DNA of 45,573 bases, taken from NCBI GenBank assembly GCA_017477695.1, contig JAFUUR010000071.1, positions 1 through 45,573 of the forward strand, read 5' to 3'. Of the stretch, positions 1 to 8,244 are shown piece after piece. The translations under genes were made by a program, and so were the position numbers. How positions within the stretch are numbered: the first letter of the stretch is position 1; each line of letters opens with the position of its first letter. Below the pieces are notes generated by a model. That model saw nothing but the letters and a program-made list of their open reading frames with translations, had not been told where the DNA came from and did no database searches. Origin of the DNA: Oscillospiraceae bacterium (GTDB lineage Bacteria; Bacillota; Clostridia; Oscillospirales; Oscillospiraceae).

Positions 1-101
1 ACGGCGATCATGATCTTGATGATGCACATCAGCAGCACCAGCGCGAAGAAAACGACCAGCATCCCGGCCGCGGAATATAACAGAGCGTCTCCAAAACTCA
101 T
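1..101 (-). CDS. OadG-like small membrane subunit of a Na+-translocating decarboxylase (partial; C-terminus lies outside the window)
   Basis: An ATG (cat at 99-101) lies 3 nt after the stop of the upstream carboxyltransferase. My translation is MSFGDALLYSAAGMLVVFFALVLLMCIIKIMIAV, a single hydrophobic helix typical of OadG/gamma subunits. It is not in the ORF track because it runs off the window. Confidence 0.55.
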   Translation of the reverse strand, partial: MSFGDALLYSAAGMLVVFFALVLLMCIIKIMIA

Positions 102-103
102 GG

Positions 104-1492
104 TCAGTCTCCGATCTTTTCAATGCTGTACTTGCAGCGCTTCTCCTCCGCGGCGCGGCGCCGTTCGAAGAAGCCCTCGGCCACCTGCGGGAAGGCGATA
201 TAACTGAGCACGTCCTCCTCGCAGCGGGCGTCCGCGCCCAGGGCCTGCTCGGCCTTCTCGAACACGTCGGTCGGGAGGGAGTCGGCGTAGCGGCCCTCGA
301 TGGGCTTGTCGTCGCCGAGGATCATGGCGCGGATCTCCGGGTCGATGGGCGCGGGGGTCTTGCCGTATTCCCCGCGGCAGTATGCGCGCAGCTCCGCGCC
401 GACGTTTTTATAGCGCTCGCCCGCCAACACGTTCTGCACCGCCTGGGTGCCGACGAGCTGGCTCGTGGGCGTGACCAGCGGGGGATAGCCCATCTCTCTG
501 CGGACTCTGGGCGTCTCGGCAAGGGCCTCGTCGAACTTGTCCAGCGCACCGAGCATTTTGAGCTGGCTGAGCAGGTTCGAGAGCATACCGCCGGGGATCT
601 GATAGCTCAGGCACTGGGTGTCGGTCGCCATGGAAATGGGATTGAGCGTGCCGTCGGCCAGGAAATTAGCCCGCATGGGCTTGAAGAAGTCGGCCATCGC
701 GTTGAGCACGTCGTCGTCCACGTCCAGCTCGTAGCCCATCTCGCGCAGGGCGTAAGCCAGCGTCTCGGTGGCGGGCTGAGAGGTGCCGCCGGAGAAGGGG
801 GAGATGGCGGTGTCGATCACGTCCGCCCCAGCCTCGATCGCCTTGAGATAGGTCATAAAGGCGAGCCCGGTGGTGCAGTGCGTGTGCATGACGACCGGCA
901 GATCCACCGCGTCCTTGATGGCGGAGACGAGGTCGTAGGCGCTCTGCGGAGAGAGGATGCCGCCCATGTCCTTGATGCAGATGGAGCTCACGCCCATGGC
1001 CTTGAGCTCGCGCACCATCTCCACGTATTTCTCCAGCGTGTGTACGGGGCTGATGGTATAGGAGATGGCGCCGGAGGCCATGGCCCCGCTCTTGACCGTC
1101 TCCTCGATGGCGACCCTGAGGTTGTCAAGGTCGTTGAGCGCGTCGAAAATGCGGATGATGTCGATGCCGTTGCGCACCGAGGCGCGCACGAAGCGGCGGA
1201 CGATATCGTCGCTGTAATGCTTGTAGCCCAGAATGTTCTGCCCGCGCAGCAGCATCTGCAGCTTGGTGTTGGGCATCTTGGCGCGGATCTTGCGCAGCCT
1301 CTCCCAGGGATCCTCGTTCAGGAAACGCAGGCAGACGTCAAAGGTGGCACCGCCCCAGCACTCGACGGAATAGAAGCCCGCGCGGTCCATGGTCTCCAGG
1401 ATGGGCTCGAACTTGTCGTAGGGCATGCGGGTGGCCACGAGGGACTGGTTCGCGTCCCGCAGGACGGTCTCTGTGAATTGCACTTTCTTCAT
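104..1492 (-). CDS. Carboxyltransferase subunit (oxaloacetate decarboxylase alpha / transcarboxylase 5S / PycB-like) with no C-terminal biotinyl domain
   Basis: It starts at MKKVQFTETVLRDANQSL (ATG at 1492), preceded by GAGGTGAG. It has HMGL-like TIM-barrel motifs (LRDANQS, ECWGGATFD, KDMGG, HTHCTTG). The ORF-track N-terminal extension to 1822 has no coding character. Confidence 0.85.
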   Translation of the reverse strand: MKKVQFTETVLRDANQSLVATRMPYDKFEPILETMDRAGFYSVECWGGATFDVCLRFLNEDPWERLRKIRAKMPNTKLQMLLRGQNILGYKHYSDDIVRRFVRASVRNGIDIIRIFDALNDLDNLRVAIEETVKSGAMASGAISYTISPVHTLEKYVEMVRELKAMGVSSICIKDMGGILSPQSAYDLVSAIKDAVDLPVVMHTHCTTGLAFMTYLKAIEAGADVIDTAISPFSGGTSQPATETLAYALREMGYELDVDDDVLNAMADFFKPMRANFLADGTLNPISMATDTQCLSYQIPGGMLSNLLSQLKMLGALDKFDEALAETPRVRREMGYPPLVTPTSQLVGTQAVQNVLAGERYKNVGAELRAYCRGEYGKTPAPIDPEIRAMILGDDKPIEGRYADSLPTDVFEKAEQALGADARCEEDVLSYIAFPQVAEGFFERRRAAEEKRCKYSIEKIGD

Positions 1493-1534
1493 AGGTCTCA
1501 CCTCAGTGTGCTCATGGGAATAATTAACTAAACC

Positions 1535-1543
1535 ACTATAGCA
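1535..1543 (-). promoter_or_regulatory. Extended -10 element (TGcTATAGT) upstream of the carboxyltransferase gene
   Basis: The minus strand reads aTGcTATAGTgg about 45 nt upstream of the ATG. No good -35 is present. Confidence 0.4.
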
Positions 1544-1620
1544 TATTTTTTCACCGTGCGCCATAAAAAAGTGATTTTTTTGCAAAAAATATATGCGCCT
1601 GCGCCCGATACGGCGCAGAC

Positions 1621-1652
1621 AAAAAAGCTCCTGCGGGATGACCCGCAGGAGC
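1621..1652 (-). terminator. Rho-independent terminator after the NlpC/P60 gene
   Basis: The minus strand reads GCTCCTGCGGG-tcat-CCCGCAGGAGC followed by TTTTTT. Confidence 0.85.
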
Positions 1653-1665
1653 TCGTTCATTGATC

Positions 1666-3297
1666 TCACAGGATGCGGCGGCACACATAGCCGCGTGTGG
1701 CGTAATAGCCCGTGAGCGAGGACGTGATGACGCCCGAGGTGGAGTTCGCCGCGTGGACGAACATGTTGTTGCCGATGTAGATGCCGACGTGACCGATGTA
1801 ATCGCCGCCGGAGTAGAAGCAAATGATGTCGCCCGGTTGGAGCTTGTCCTTCGAAACGGCCCTGCCGTTGGTGGCCTGGTCGCAGGCGACACGGTTGAGC
1901 TCATAGCCGTAGTGGCCGTACACGTAGTATACGAGGCCGGAGCAGTCGAACCCGGTAGCGGGGGAGGCGCCGCCCCAACGGTAGTTGTATCCCACGAACT
2001 GGAGCGCGAAGTCCGCGATCTCGCGGCCGGTGACCTTGGCGGTCGTCGTACCGCCGGAGGAGCCGGAGCCGCCGCCGGAGGAGCCGGAGCCCGATTCGGA
2101 CACGGGAGGCTTGCCCTTGGCCACGTAGGTGCTGAAGACGAAGCCGTCCTCACCCTCGAAGGTGACCGCCGTCCAGTCGCCGGAGGTGCCGGTGATGGTG
2201 ACCACGTTGCCGTAGAACAGCTCTTCCAGGATCGCAGAGCTCATGGACGGGCCGCTGCGGAAGCGCACGTAGTTGCCGGTGATGTAGCCGTCCTCGGGCT
2301 TGCTGGTCTTGACGGGAACGGGCGTAGGCGTCGGCGCGGGGGTCGCGGTGGGCGCGGGCGTCGCCGCCGCGGAGCCGCCGGAACCGGAACCGCCGGAAGA
2401 GCCGGGGTTGGAACCGCTGCCGGAGCTTGCGCCGGAGGAGCCGGAGCTCGCGGGCGTGCCGTCGCCCTTCATCACGTACTGACTGTACATATAGCCGGGC
2501 TCGCCGTCGATCGTGACCATGGACCAGTCGCCCGTGGTGCCGGTGATGAGCAGCTCCTTGCCGCGGTTATAGGTGTTGATGATGGTATGGCTCGTCGAGG
2601 GGCCGTTGCGGAAGCACACATAATCTCCCGCGACGTAACCGACCTGGCTTCCGCCGCTGTTGGAGGCGGGGGCCTTGGTCGGCGCCGGCGTCGCTGCCGG
2701 GGCCTTGGTCGGCGTGGGGGCCTTCGTCGCGACGGGATCGGGGTAGACCGTGGGCTCCGGCGCGGGCGCGGGCGTAGGCGACGGGACTTCAGGGATGACG
2801 AAGACGGCGTCGTCCTCGTCGGAGATATAGTCGCTGAGGACAAAGCCGCGCTGCCCGTCGATGATGCACTCGGTCCAGGCGCCGGCTCTGCCGGTGATGG
2901 TCAGTTCCTTGCCGAGATTATACTCACCGAGGATGGACGAGTCCGAAGAGGGGCCGGAACGGAAGCGCACGTACATGGCGTTGATGCGGCCGCTGCCGCT
3001 CGCCTCGACGACCGTGACCGCGGTGTTGCTCTGGGCCGAAAGGCTCAGGAGACTCGCGGACATGAACCCGTAGGTGCCGTCGTAAGTCACCGCGTACCAT
3101 TCGCTGTTGGAGCGATCCTGCACGGTGACCGTCTCGCCCTGCGGGACGACGTCCAGAACACGGTAGCTCATGCCGGGCCCGCTGCGCAGGTTTACGTTGT
3201 CCCCCGTGACCACCGCGCTTTCCGCGTATGCGGTGACGGTGAACAGACAACTGAACAGGAGCACGGCAAGAAATACCCGTAAGAATTTCTTGCGCAT
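1666..3297 (-). CDS. Secreted cell-wall endopeptidase: signal peptide, four SH3b domains and a C-terminal NlpC/P60 domain
   Basis: MRKKFLRVFLAVLLFSCLFTVTAYA is a signal peptide. There are four repeats of the type V(R/N)xRSGPxxxxxxL..., separated by Pro/Thr/Ala and Gly/Ser linkers. The C-terminus has DCSGLVYYVY...GHVGIYIG...H. Confidence 0.9.
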   Translation of the reverse strand: MRKKFLRVFLAVLLFSCLFTVTAYAESAVVTGDNVNLRSGPGMSYRVLDVVPQGETVTVQDRSNSEWYAVTYDGTYGFMSASLLSLSAQSNTAVTVVEASGSGRINAMYVRFRSGPSSDSSILGEYNLGKELTITGRAGAWTECIIDGQRGFVLSDYISDEDDAVFVIPEVPSPTPAPAPEPTVYPDPVATKAPTPTKAPAATPAPTKAPASNSGGSQVGYVAGDYVCFRNGPSTSHTIINTYNRGKELLITGTTGDWSMVTIDGEPGYMYSQYVMKGDGTPASSGSSGASSGSGSNPGSSGGSGSGGSAAATPAPTATPAPTPTPVPVKTSKPEDGYITGNYVRFRSGPSMSSAILEELFYGNVVTITGTSGDWTAVTFEGEDGFVFSTYVAKGKPPVSESGSGSSGGGSGSSGGTTTAKVTGREIADFALQFVGYNYRWGGASPATGFDCSGLVYYVYGHYGYELNRVACDQATNGRAVSKDKLQPGDIICFYSGGDYIGHVGIYIGNNMFVHAANSTSGVITSSLTGYYATRGYVCRRIL

Positions 3298-3370
3298 GTG
3301 AACAGATCCTTCTCTATGTATTTGACGGGCAGGCAGGCCTGCCCGCAAGGAAATGCCGGTCGCGTATGCG

Positions 3371-3652
3371 TCAGCGGGAGGCCAGCGCGCGCTCGAGCCA
3401 CACGGCTGCGACGTCGATAGCGGCGTAAAGGCTGTCCTTCTCGCTCTTCTTTACGACGCGATCCCTGGACTTGATGTTCGGGTCGGTCAACTGGAGCTGA
3501 ACGGAGACCTTTGAGGCCACGTCGAGATCCTTCACCTTCTTGGTGTCGAGGATCTGGAGCATGATGATATACTTGTCCGCAAAGCTGCCGTAATAGATGA
3601 TATTGTCCTTCCGCTGAAGGGGATGACCCTTATACTCCAATGTCTTTGCCAA
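3371..3652 (-). CDS. Hypothetical small protein (about 93 aa)
   Basis: The minus strand reads GGAGGTGCTTTCA-TTG, so a TTG start at 3652 sits about 8 nt after a strong SD. The product begins (M)AKTLEYKGHPLQRKDNIIYYGSF... I recognise no family. The upstream part of the track ORF (to 3829) looks non-coding. Confidence 0.5.
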   Translation of the reverse strand: MAKTLEYKGHPLQRKDNIIYYGSFADKYIIMLQILDTKKVKDLDVASKVSVQLQLTDPNIKSRDRVVKKSEKDSLYAAIDVAAVWLERALASR

Positions 3653-3679
3653 TGAAAGCACCTCCGATAATGTAATCAA

Positions 3680-3708
3680 AATGTAACACAGTGAGCTTGA
3701 AATGTCAA
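3680..3708 (-). promoter_or_regulatory. Sigma-A type promoter for the small protein gene
   Basis: The minus strand has TTGACA, a 17-nt spacer, then TACATT, with TG at the extended -10 position. Confidence 0.55.
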
Positions 3709-3855
3709 CACAAAGCGCAGGTAATATATGGCTGTGTGGGGAAAAAGCGGTAAAAACCGCCCGGTTTTCGAAGAAAAGGGCGCGCAGGGGCCGGGCCTCG
3801 CCCGCGTCCCGGCCCGCAGCGTGTTCCACACTGCGGGCCGGAGAGAGGCGGACGG

Positions 3856-6126
3856 TCAGCCGAAGATCAGGTTCGCCGTGTCCGGCGTCAGCAGGTCGCC
3901 GCCGTTATCGCCCGGGTTCTCGTTCCCGGTGTCCGGGATGAGCTCGGCGTTGCCGTTATCGGGCTCGTCGTAGTAGCTGTCGCCGTAATCGTCTGAATCG
4001 TCGAGGATGAGGTGGCCGTCGCCGTCCTCGGTCAGATCCTCTTCATCCTCGAAATCGTCGTCGTCCAGGCCGAAGATGCCCGTGTTCTCCCCGATAAAGG
4101 GATAGGTGAAATCCTTCCACTGCAGCCCGTCGTGGATCGGCTGCATGACCGAGCGCCAGAGCCTGGCGGCGGGGTTGCCGGAGGTGTCGATATATTCGGG
4201 CGTGTCAAAGCCGGTCCACACGGCCGCCACGTAGTAGGGCGTGCAGCCGACGAACCAACGGTCCTTGTACTGGCCGGAGGTGCCGGTCTTGCCGGCGACG
4301 GGCATGTTGTACAGGTAGGCCTCCTTGCCGGTGCCGTTCGCGACCACGTTCTTCATCATATACGTCATGGTATAGGCCGTGTTGGGCTCGAAGGCGACGA
4401 GCGTCTTCGGTACGTTGTCGATGACCATGTTGCCCTTGGAGTCGGTCACCATGGAGTAGGTGCGGCTGTAGGTGAAGATGCCGTCGTTGACGAACGCGCA
4501 GTAGGCCTGGCACATCTCGCGCACCGAGATGCCGTTGGTGAGCTGGCCGAGCGCCATCGGCGCGTAGGACGCGTCGTCCGGCACGAGGCTCGTGACGCCG
4601 AGCCGCTGCGTCAGATAGTCGTAAGAGGTCTCGGGACCGAGCTTATCCACGATCTGCGCCGCGACGGTGTTCAGAGAGTATTGCAGCGCCTGTGCGATGG
4701 TGACGATGCCGTAGTTGCCGCCGCCGTCGTTCGAGGGGTACCAGCTCGTGCCACGCAGGCGGATATACGGCGAGTCGTTGACGACGGTCGTGGGCGTGAT
4801 GAGCCCCTCGTTGACGGCGGGGCCGTAAGAGGCGATGGGCTTGATGGCCGAGCCGGGCGAGCGCTGCGCGCCGCCGTAATCGTAATCGCCCACGAACATG
4901 GGCACGGCGCGGTTGAGCTCAAAGTTGTGCGTCTTGCGGCCGACGCCGCCGCTGAGCGCCTTGATGGAGCCGTCGTAGGGGTCCATGATGACGATGGCGC
5001 TCTGGAACTGCTGGCTGCTGTTGGTGCGCGGCATGGCGCTCAGATCGGTATAGACCGCGTCCACCGACGCCTGCATGGAGGGGTCGAGGCAGCTGTAGAT
5101 CTGATAGCCGCCGTTATACAGCAGCGTGCGGGCGGCCGAGCGGCTGATGCCCTTGAGCTCCATGAGGTCGCGCGTCACGTCGTTAATGACCACTTCCTCG
5201 TAGTAGGTGTAGATCTCCTGCGTGTACTCCTCGTCGGGCGAGCGGGTGAAGACCAGCTCCTCGTCCACGGCGGCCCGGTAGGTGGCGTAATCGATATACT
5301 CCTGCTCGTACATCTCGCGCAGGATGGTCTCCTGCCGGTCTTTGTTGTTCTGCTCGTTGTAGAAGGGGTCGTAGTAGGTCGGCTTGTTGGTGATGCCGAC
5401 GATGGCGGCGCACTCGGCCAGCGTCAGATCCTTGACGTCCTTGCCGAAGTAGGTCTGCGCGGCGGCCTGCACGCCCCAGCAGCCCTCACCGAAGTATACG
5501 GCGTTGAGGTACCACTCCATGATCTCCTGCTTGTCGTATTTTTTCTCCAGCTCGAGCGCGCCGAAGATCTCCGAGAGCTTGCGCTGGATGGTGACCTGGT
5601 CGCGTCCGGTCAGGTTTTTGATGAGCTGCTGCGTGATGGTGGAACCGCCGTAGCCGGTCTCCATCCGGGCGAACATCTCTACGAAGGCGCCGGAGGTCCT
5701 GTACCAGTCCACGCCCTTGTGCTGGTAAAAGCGCTTGTCCTCGATGGCGATCAGCGCCTGCTCCAGATATTTGGGGATATCGTCGTAATCCACCCATATA
5801 CGCTTCTGCGCGCCGGCGAGGGTGACGAGCTCCTGCCAGTCACCGGAGGAGTTCTGGTACCAGATCGTGCTCGACTCGCTGAGCTGATAGTCCTCCAGCG
5901 AGAGGTCCATGCGCGGCGTCAGGAAGGACTTGACGTAGTAAGCGAAGACGCAGGTGAACAGCAGCCCCGCGATCAGCAGGATCAGCAGGATGGAGCCGAA
6001 CACCTTGAAAACGGCGCTGAGGATCGAAGAGGCGGCGTCGGCGGTGATGCCGCCGGCCTTGAGGAGCACGCGCAGCGAGCGGTGGTCCTTCTTCACGGCC
6101 TCCTCCTTTTCGGGTATTTCATTCAT
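3856..6126 (-). CDS. Class A penicillin-binding protein (glycosyltransferase plus transpeptidase, PBP1A-type)
   Basis: It has an N-terminal TM anchor. GT51 motifs are EDKRFYQHKGVD and GGSTITQQL. Transpeptidase motifs are SAIKP, SLN and KTGT. The tail is acidic and low-complexity. GGAGGTG lies upstream of the ATG at 6126. Confidence 0.92.
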   Translation of the reverse strand: MNEIPEKEEAVKKDHRSLRVLLKAGGITADAASSILSAVFKVFGSILLILLIAGLLFTCVFAYYVKSFLTPRMDLSLEDYQLSESSTIWYQNSSGDWQELVTLAGAQKRIWVDYDDIPKYLEQALIAIEDKRFYQHKGVDWYRTSGAFVEMFARMETGYGGSTITQQLIKNLTGRDQVTIQRKLSEIFGALELEKKYDKQEIMEWYLNAVYFGEGCWGVQAAAQTYFGKDVKDLTLAECAAIVGITNKPTYYDPFYNEQNNKDRQETILREMYEQEYIDYATYRAAVDEELVFTRSPDEEYTQEIYTYYEEVVINDVTRDLMELKGISRSAARTLLYNGGYQIYSCLDPSMQASVDAVYTDLSAMPRTNSSQQFQSAIVIMDPYDGSIKALSGGVGRKTHNFELNRAVPMFVGDYDYGGAQRSPGSAIKPIASYGPAVNEGLITPTTVVNDSPYIRLRGTSWYPSNDGGGNYGIVTIAQALQYSLNTVAAQIVDKLGPETSYDYLTQRLGVTSLVPDDASYAPMALGQLTNGISVREMCQAYCAFVNDGIFTYSRTYSMVTDSKGNMVIDNVPKTLVAFEPNTAYTMTYMMKNVVANGTGKEAYLYNMPVAGKTGTSGQYKDRWFVGCTPYYVAAVWTGFDTPEYIDTSGNPAARLWRSVMQPIHDGLQWKDFTYPFIGENTGIFGLDDDDFEDEEDLTEDGDGHLILDDSDDYGDSYYDEPDNGNAELIPDTGNENPGDNGGDLLTPDTANLIFG

Positions 6127-6359
6127 CGGAAAGCAAGCACCTCCTTTTTTGAGGGGTCCCGGATGAAAAAGTCATAACGAACGGGTAATGCGGATAGACG
6201 GATCTCATTATAACACAGATTTCCCGCCTGAGATAGAGAGATTTGTAAATATTTATAAACTTTAAGATTTGGCGCCCTCCCGTATATTCTGCCAAAAAAA
6301 AGAAATAATTATCACGGGATCATAAAGAAAGCGCAAAGCGAGAGAAAAAGGAGAACACG

Positions 6360-6704
6360 ATGAACGGAGCAAGATGGAAGATGGCGCTGCTCATGTGCCT
6401 CACGGCGGCGGCGCTTTTCATGGGGGCGGAGGCGTACAGGAGCCTGCGCCCGGTGGAGCAGAGCGAGCTGCCGGAGGAGCTGTATGCGCGCTATCTCGCG
6501 CAGGCGGACACGGCGGAACACTATCTGAAGGGCAGCGGCGCGTACGTCGCGGTGTACGCCGACGCGCACGGCCGTGAGCCGGTGACCGTGACCGGGATCG
6601 AGCTCGACGGGCTGCGCAGCGCGGACCGCGCCATGGTGGAGGAGGGAATCCCGGTCGCGGACCGGAAAGAGCTCCTGCTCCTGCTGGAGGACCTCGGCTC
6701 GTAA
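6360..6704 (+). CDS. Hypothetical membrane-anchored small protein
   Basis: AAAAAGGAGAAcacgATG is the start context. It has an N-terminal hydrophobic segment (KMALLMCLTAAALFMGA). The pattern Y-L-K..G.YVAVY...P...TGI....L...D...VEEGIPV....EL..LLEDL recalls small sporulation-associated domains of Firmicutes, but I cannot name a family with confidence. Confidence 0.6.
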   Translation: MNGARWKMALLMCLTAAALFMGAEAYRSLRPVEQSELPEELYARYLAQADTAEHYLKGSGAYVAVYADAHGREPVTVTGIELDGLRSADRAMVEEGIPVADRKELLLLLEDLGS

Positions 6705-6774
6705 TCCCTATTGATTTCTTGCCGCAGATGGGGTACAATAAAAGCAGAAAAGCTTAAGGCGGAGGTACGGAAGA

Positions 6775-7059
6775 ATGAGCGAAGATTTCGGCGCTGAGAT
6801 CATCACCATCGTGGACGACGACGGGGAGGAGTTCGAGCTGGAAGTGATCGGCGAAATGGACTATAACGGAGAGACCTATACGGCCTTCCTGCCTGCCGAC
6901 ATGGACGAGAAGGATCCGGATTACGGCTACGTGATCCTGCGCGTGGTGGAGGATGAAAACGGCGAGGAGCTGTTCGAATCCATCGACGACGAGGATCAGC
7001 TCCAGGACGTGTACGAGCATTTCATGGCCCTGATCTTAGACGACGAGGACGAGGAGTGA
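6775..7059 (+). CDS. DUF1292 (UPF0473) family protein
   Basis: It is a highly acidic 94-aa protein with the characteristic ITIVDDDGEEFELEVIGEMDYNGETYTAFLP...YVILRVVEDENGEE... Confidence 0.85.
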   Translation: MSEDFGAEIITIVDDDGEEFELEVIGEMDYNGETYTAFLPADMDEKDPDYGYVILRVVEDENGEELFESIDDEDQLQDVYEHFMALILDDEDEE

Positions 7060-7129
7060 TCCGCCGGGCGCGCGCTGCATATACTGCAGTGCGGCCATCA
7101 ACAACAGAAGCAGTTCCTGCTGTGTGCGT

Positions 7130-7340
7130 GTCGTCCTTTGACTGCGTGGCTCATTAAACCCACATCTCTTATACGGGATGCCGATTTGAGTCTGCGGATT
7201 GCAGGCCTCCCGGCTCCGGCCGGACGTTGGAAGCAGCGAAACAGAACTTAGGCGACCCACCTGCCCAAACGTGCAGGTTATAATCGAGCCAGCACGGCAT
7301 AAGCGGGACGCTCCCTCCGGCCTCGGCCGGAGGGAGTTTT
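7130..7340 (+). ncRNA. Candidate structured small RNA of unknown class, ending at an intrinsic terminator
   Basis: It lies in a 290-nt non-coding gap between convergent genes. A long imperfect helix is possible: 7132-7137/7305-7310, 7147-7152/7286-7291 and 7153-7160/7276-7284. A further inner helix is possible at 7191-7200/7241-7251. The apical hairpin is CCGGC-UCCG-GCCGG (7210-7223). See the findings. Confidence 0.3.
7311..7340 (+). terminator. Rho-independent terminator
   Basis: CTCCCTCCGGCC-tc-GGCCGGAGGGAG is followed by TTTTcgTTTC. There is no U-tract in the minus orientation. Confidence 0.8.
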
Positions 7341-7352
7341 CGTTTCTGCCGC

Positions 7353-8123
7353 TCAGTCGAGCCGCGTATAGTCGATGGGCACGTCGAAATCGCGCACGGC
7401 CTGCGCGGGGTCGGCATTCTCCGCCGCCGCGCCGCCGGCCTTGACCGTGACGTGCACGCTGCCGTCGGCCTGGTATTCGTAGTCGTACCAGTCCAGGATC
7501 TCGGTGCTGAAGCCGTCGTCCGCGATGCGGTAATCCACTACGCTGCCGACGGAGGCCCCGCCGCTCGCATGCACGGTGAAGACGCCGTCTCCGGCGAGCC
7601 CGACGGTCGAGCGCTCGCCCAGGGGGAGCTCCTTGCAGAGATAGCGCAGCGCGGCGCCGTCAAAGGCGTAGACGCCGATCGGCTGGCGGTACGAATCATC
7701 GCCCATGGCTATGACCAGCTCCGGTACGCCGTTGCCGTCAAAATCGTACCGGCCGCAGTAGAGATACTGCTCGTCGAACTGCACATACTGGTAGGACGAG
7801 ATGGTATACCAAGGGATCTCGGGATGCTCCTCCTCGCGGAATTCCCCCGGCTCCGTGATGCGCAGGACGCGGTATTCGTCCAGCAGGGCGTTCACGGCGG
7901 CCTCGTAAGCGGCGGTATCGTAGGCGGCTGCCGCAACGTCGGCTTCCGGTGCGCTCTCCGGCTCCGGGGCCGCGGTCTGCACCGCGGCGGGCGCCGTGTC
8001 CACCGCGGCGGCGTGCTCCGCGCGGTACGCTTCGGGGATGGGGTTGCTGCCGCAGGCGGCGAGGCAGAGACAGATGGCCGCGGCGAGCAGCAGGGCGGCG
8101 CTGCGTTTTTCGATCGTCTTCAT
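7353..8123 (-). CDS. Hypothetical lipoprotein
   Basis: The signal peptide has a lipobox (LCLAAC-GS). It has an Ala/Pro-rich linker followed by a globular domain. The RBS is AGGGAGGAAGCC-ATG. Confidence 0.8.
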   Translation of the reverse strand: MKTIEKRSAALLLAAAICLCLAACGSNPIPEAYRAEHAAAVDTAPAAVQTAAPEPESAPEADVAAAAYDTAAYEAAVNALLDEYRVLRITEPGEFREEEHPEIPWYTISSYQYVQFDEQYLYCGRYDFDGNGVPELVIAMGDDSYRQPIGVYAFDGAALRYLCKELPLGERSTVGLAGDGVFTVHASGGASVGSVVDYRIADDGFSTEILDWYDYEYQADGSVHVTVKAGGAAAENADPAQAVRDFDVPIDYTRLD

Positions 8124-8195
8124 GGGCTTCCTCCCTGGTTCGAACGTATTTTTTCCATTATACCGCAGATCCGACGATTTTTCACCCCTTTTACG

Positions 8196-8233
8196 AAAAG
8201 ATCCCGGCGGCCGTGTGGCCGCCGGGATCTTTT
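8196..8233. terminator. Terminator after the LysR gene (A-tract / stem / T-tract, bidirectional shape)
   Basis: AAAA-GATCCCGGCGGCC-gtgt-GGCCGCCGGGATC-TTTT. Confidence 0.8.
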
Positions 8234-8244
8234 CGCGCGGGCCC

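Noticed and set aside
10-207. A 65-aa plus-strand ORF at the left edge.
   Set aside because: It overlaps the carboxyltransferase 3' end and the OadG-like start on the opposite strand. It has no RBS and a low-complexity Ser/Arg/Pro composition.
4012-6177. A 721-aa plus-strand ORF antisense to the PBP gene. Analogous long antisense ORFs occur at 1660-3282, 13466-15397, 15777-17297, 17935-19290, 19226-20716, 20861-22384, 23134-24537, 24622-26361, 27223-28275, 30849-32192, 32072-33808, 33465-34577, 34369-35592, 36288-37799, 37777-38772, 38625-39881 and 41245-43887.
   Set aside because: Each lies opposite a gene with unmistakable family motifs. They are Arg/Ala/Gly/Val/Asp-rich with no recognisable domains and no SD-plus-start context. 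Long shadow ORFs are expected in high-GC DNA because stop codons are rare.
7060-7352. Assigning the intergenic RNA candidate as RNase P RNA, tmRNA, a riboswitch or a definite SRP RNA.
   Set aside because: There is no GAGGAAAGTCC or ACAGAAnnnGGCTTA (RNase P) and no tRNA-like 3' end (tmRNA). No downstream gene exists for a riboswitch to control. The SRP-like motifs are present, but the invariant GGAA tetraloop is replaced by an inserted hairpin, and I find no convincing Alu-domain motifs. I kept it only as an unclassified candidate.
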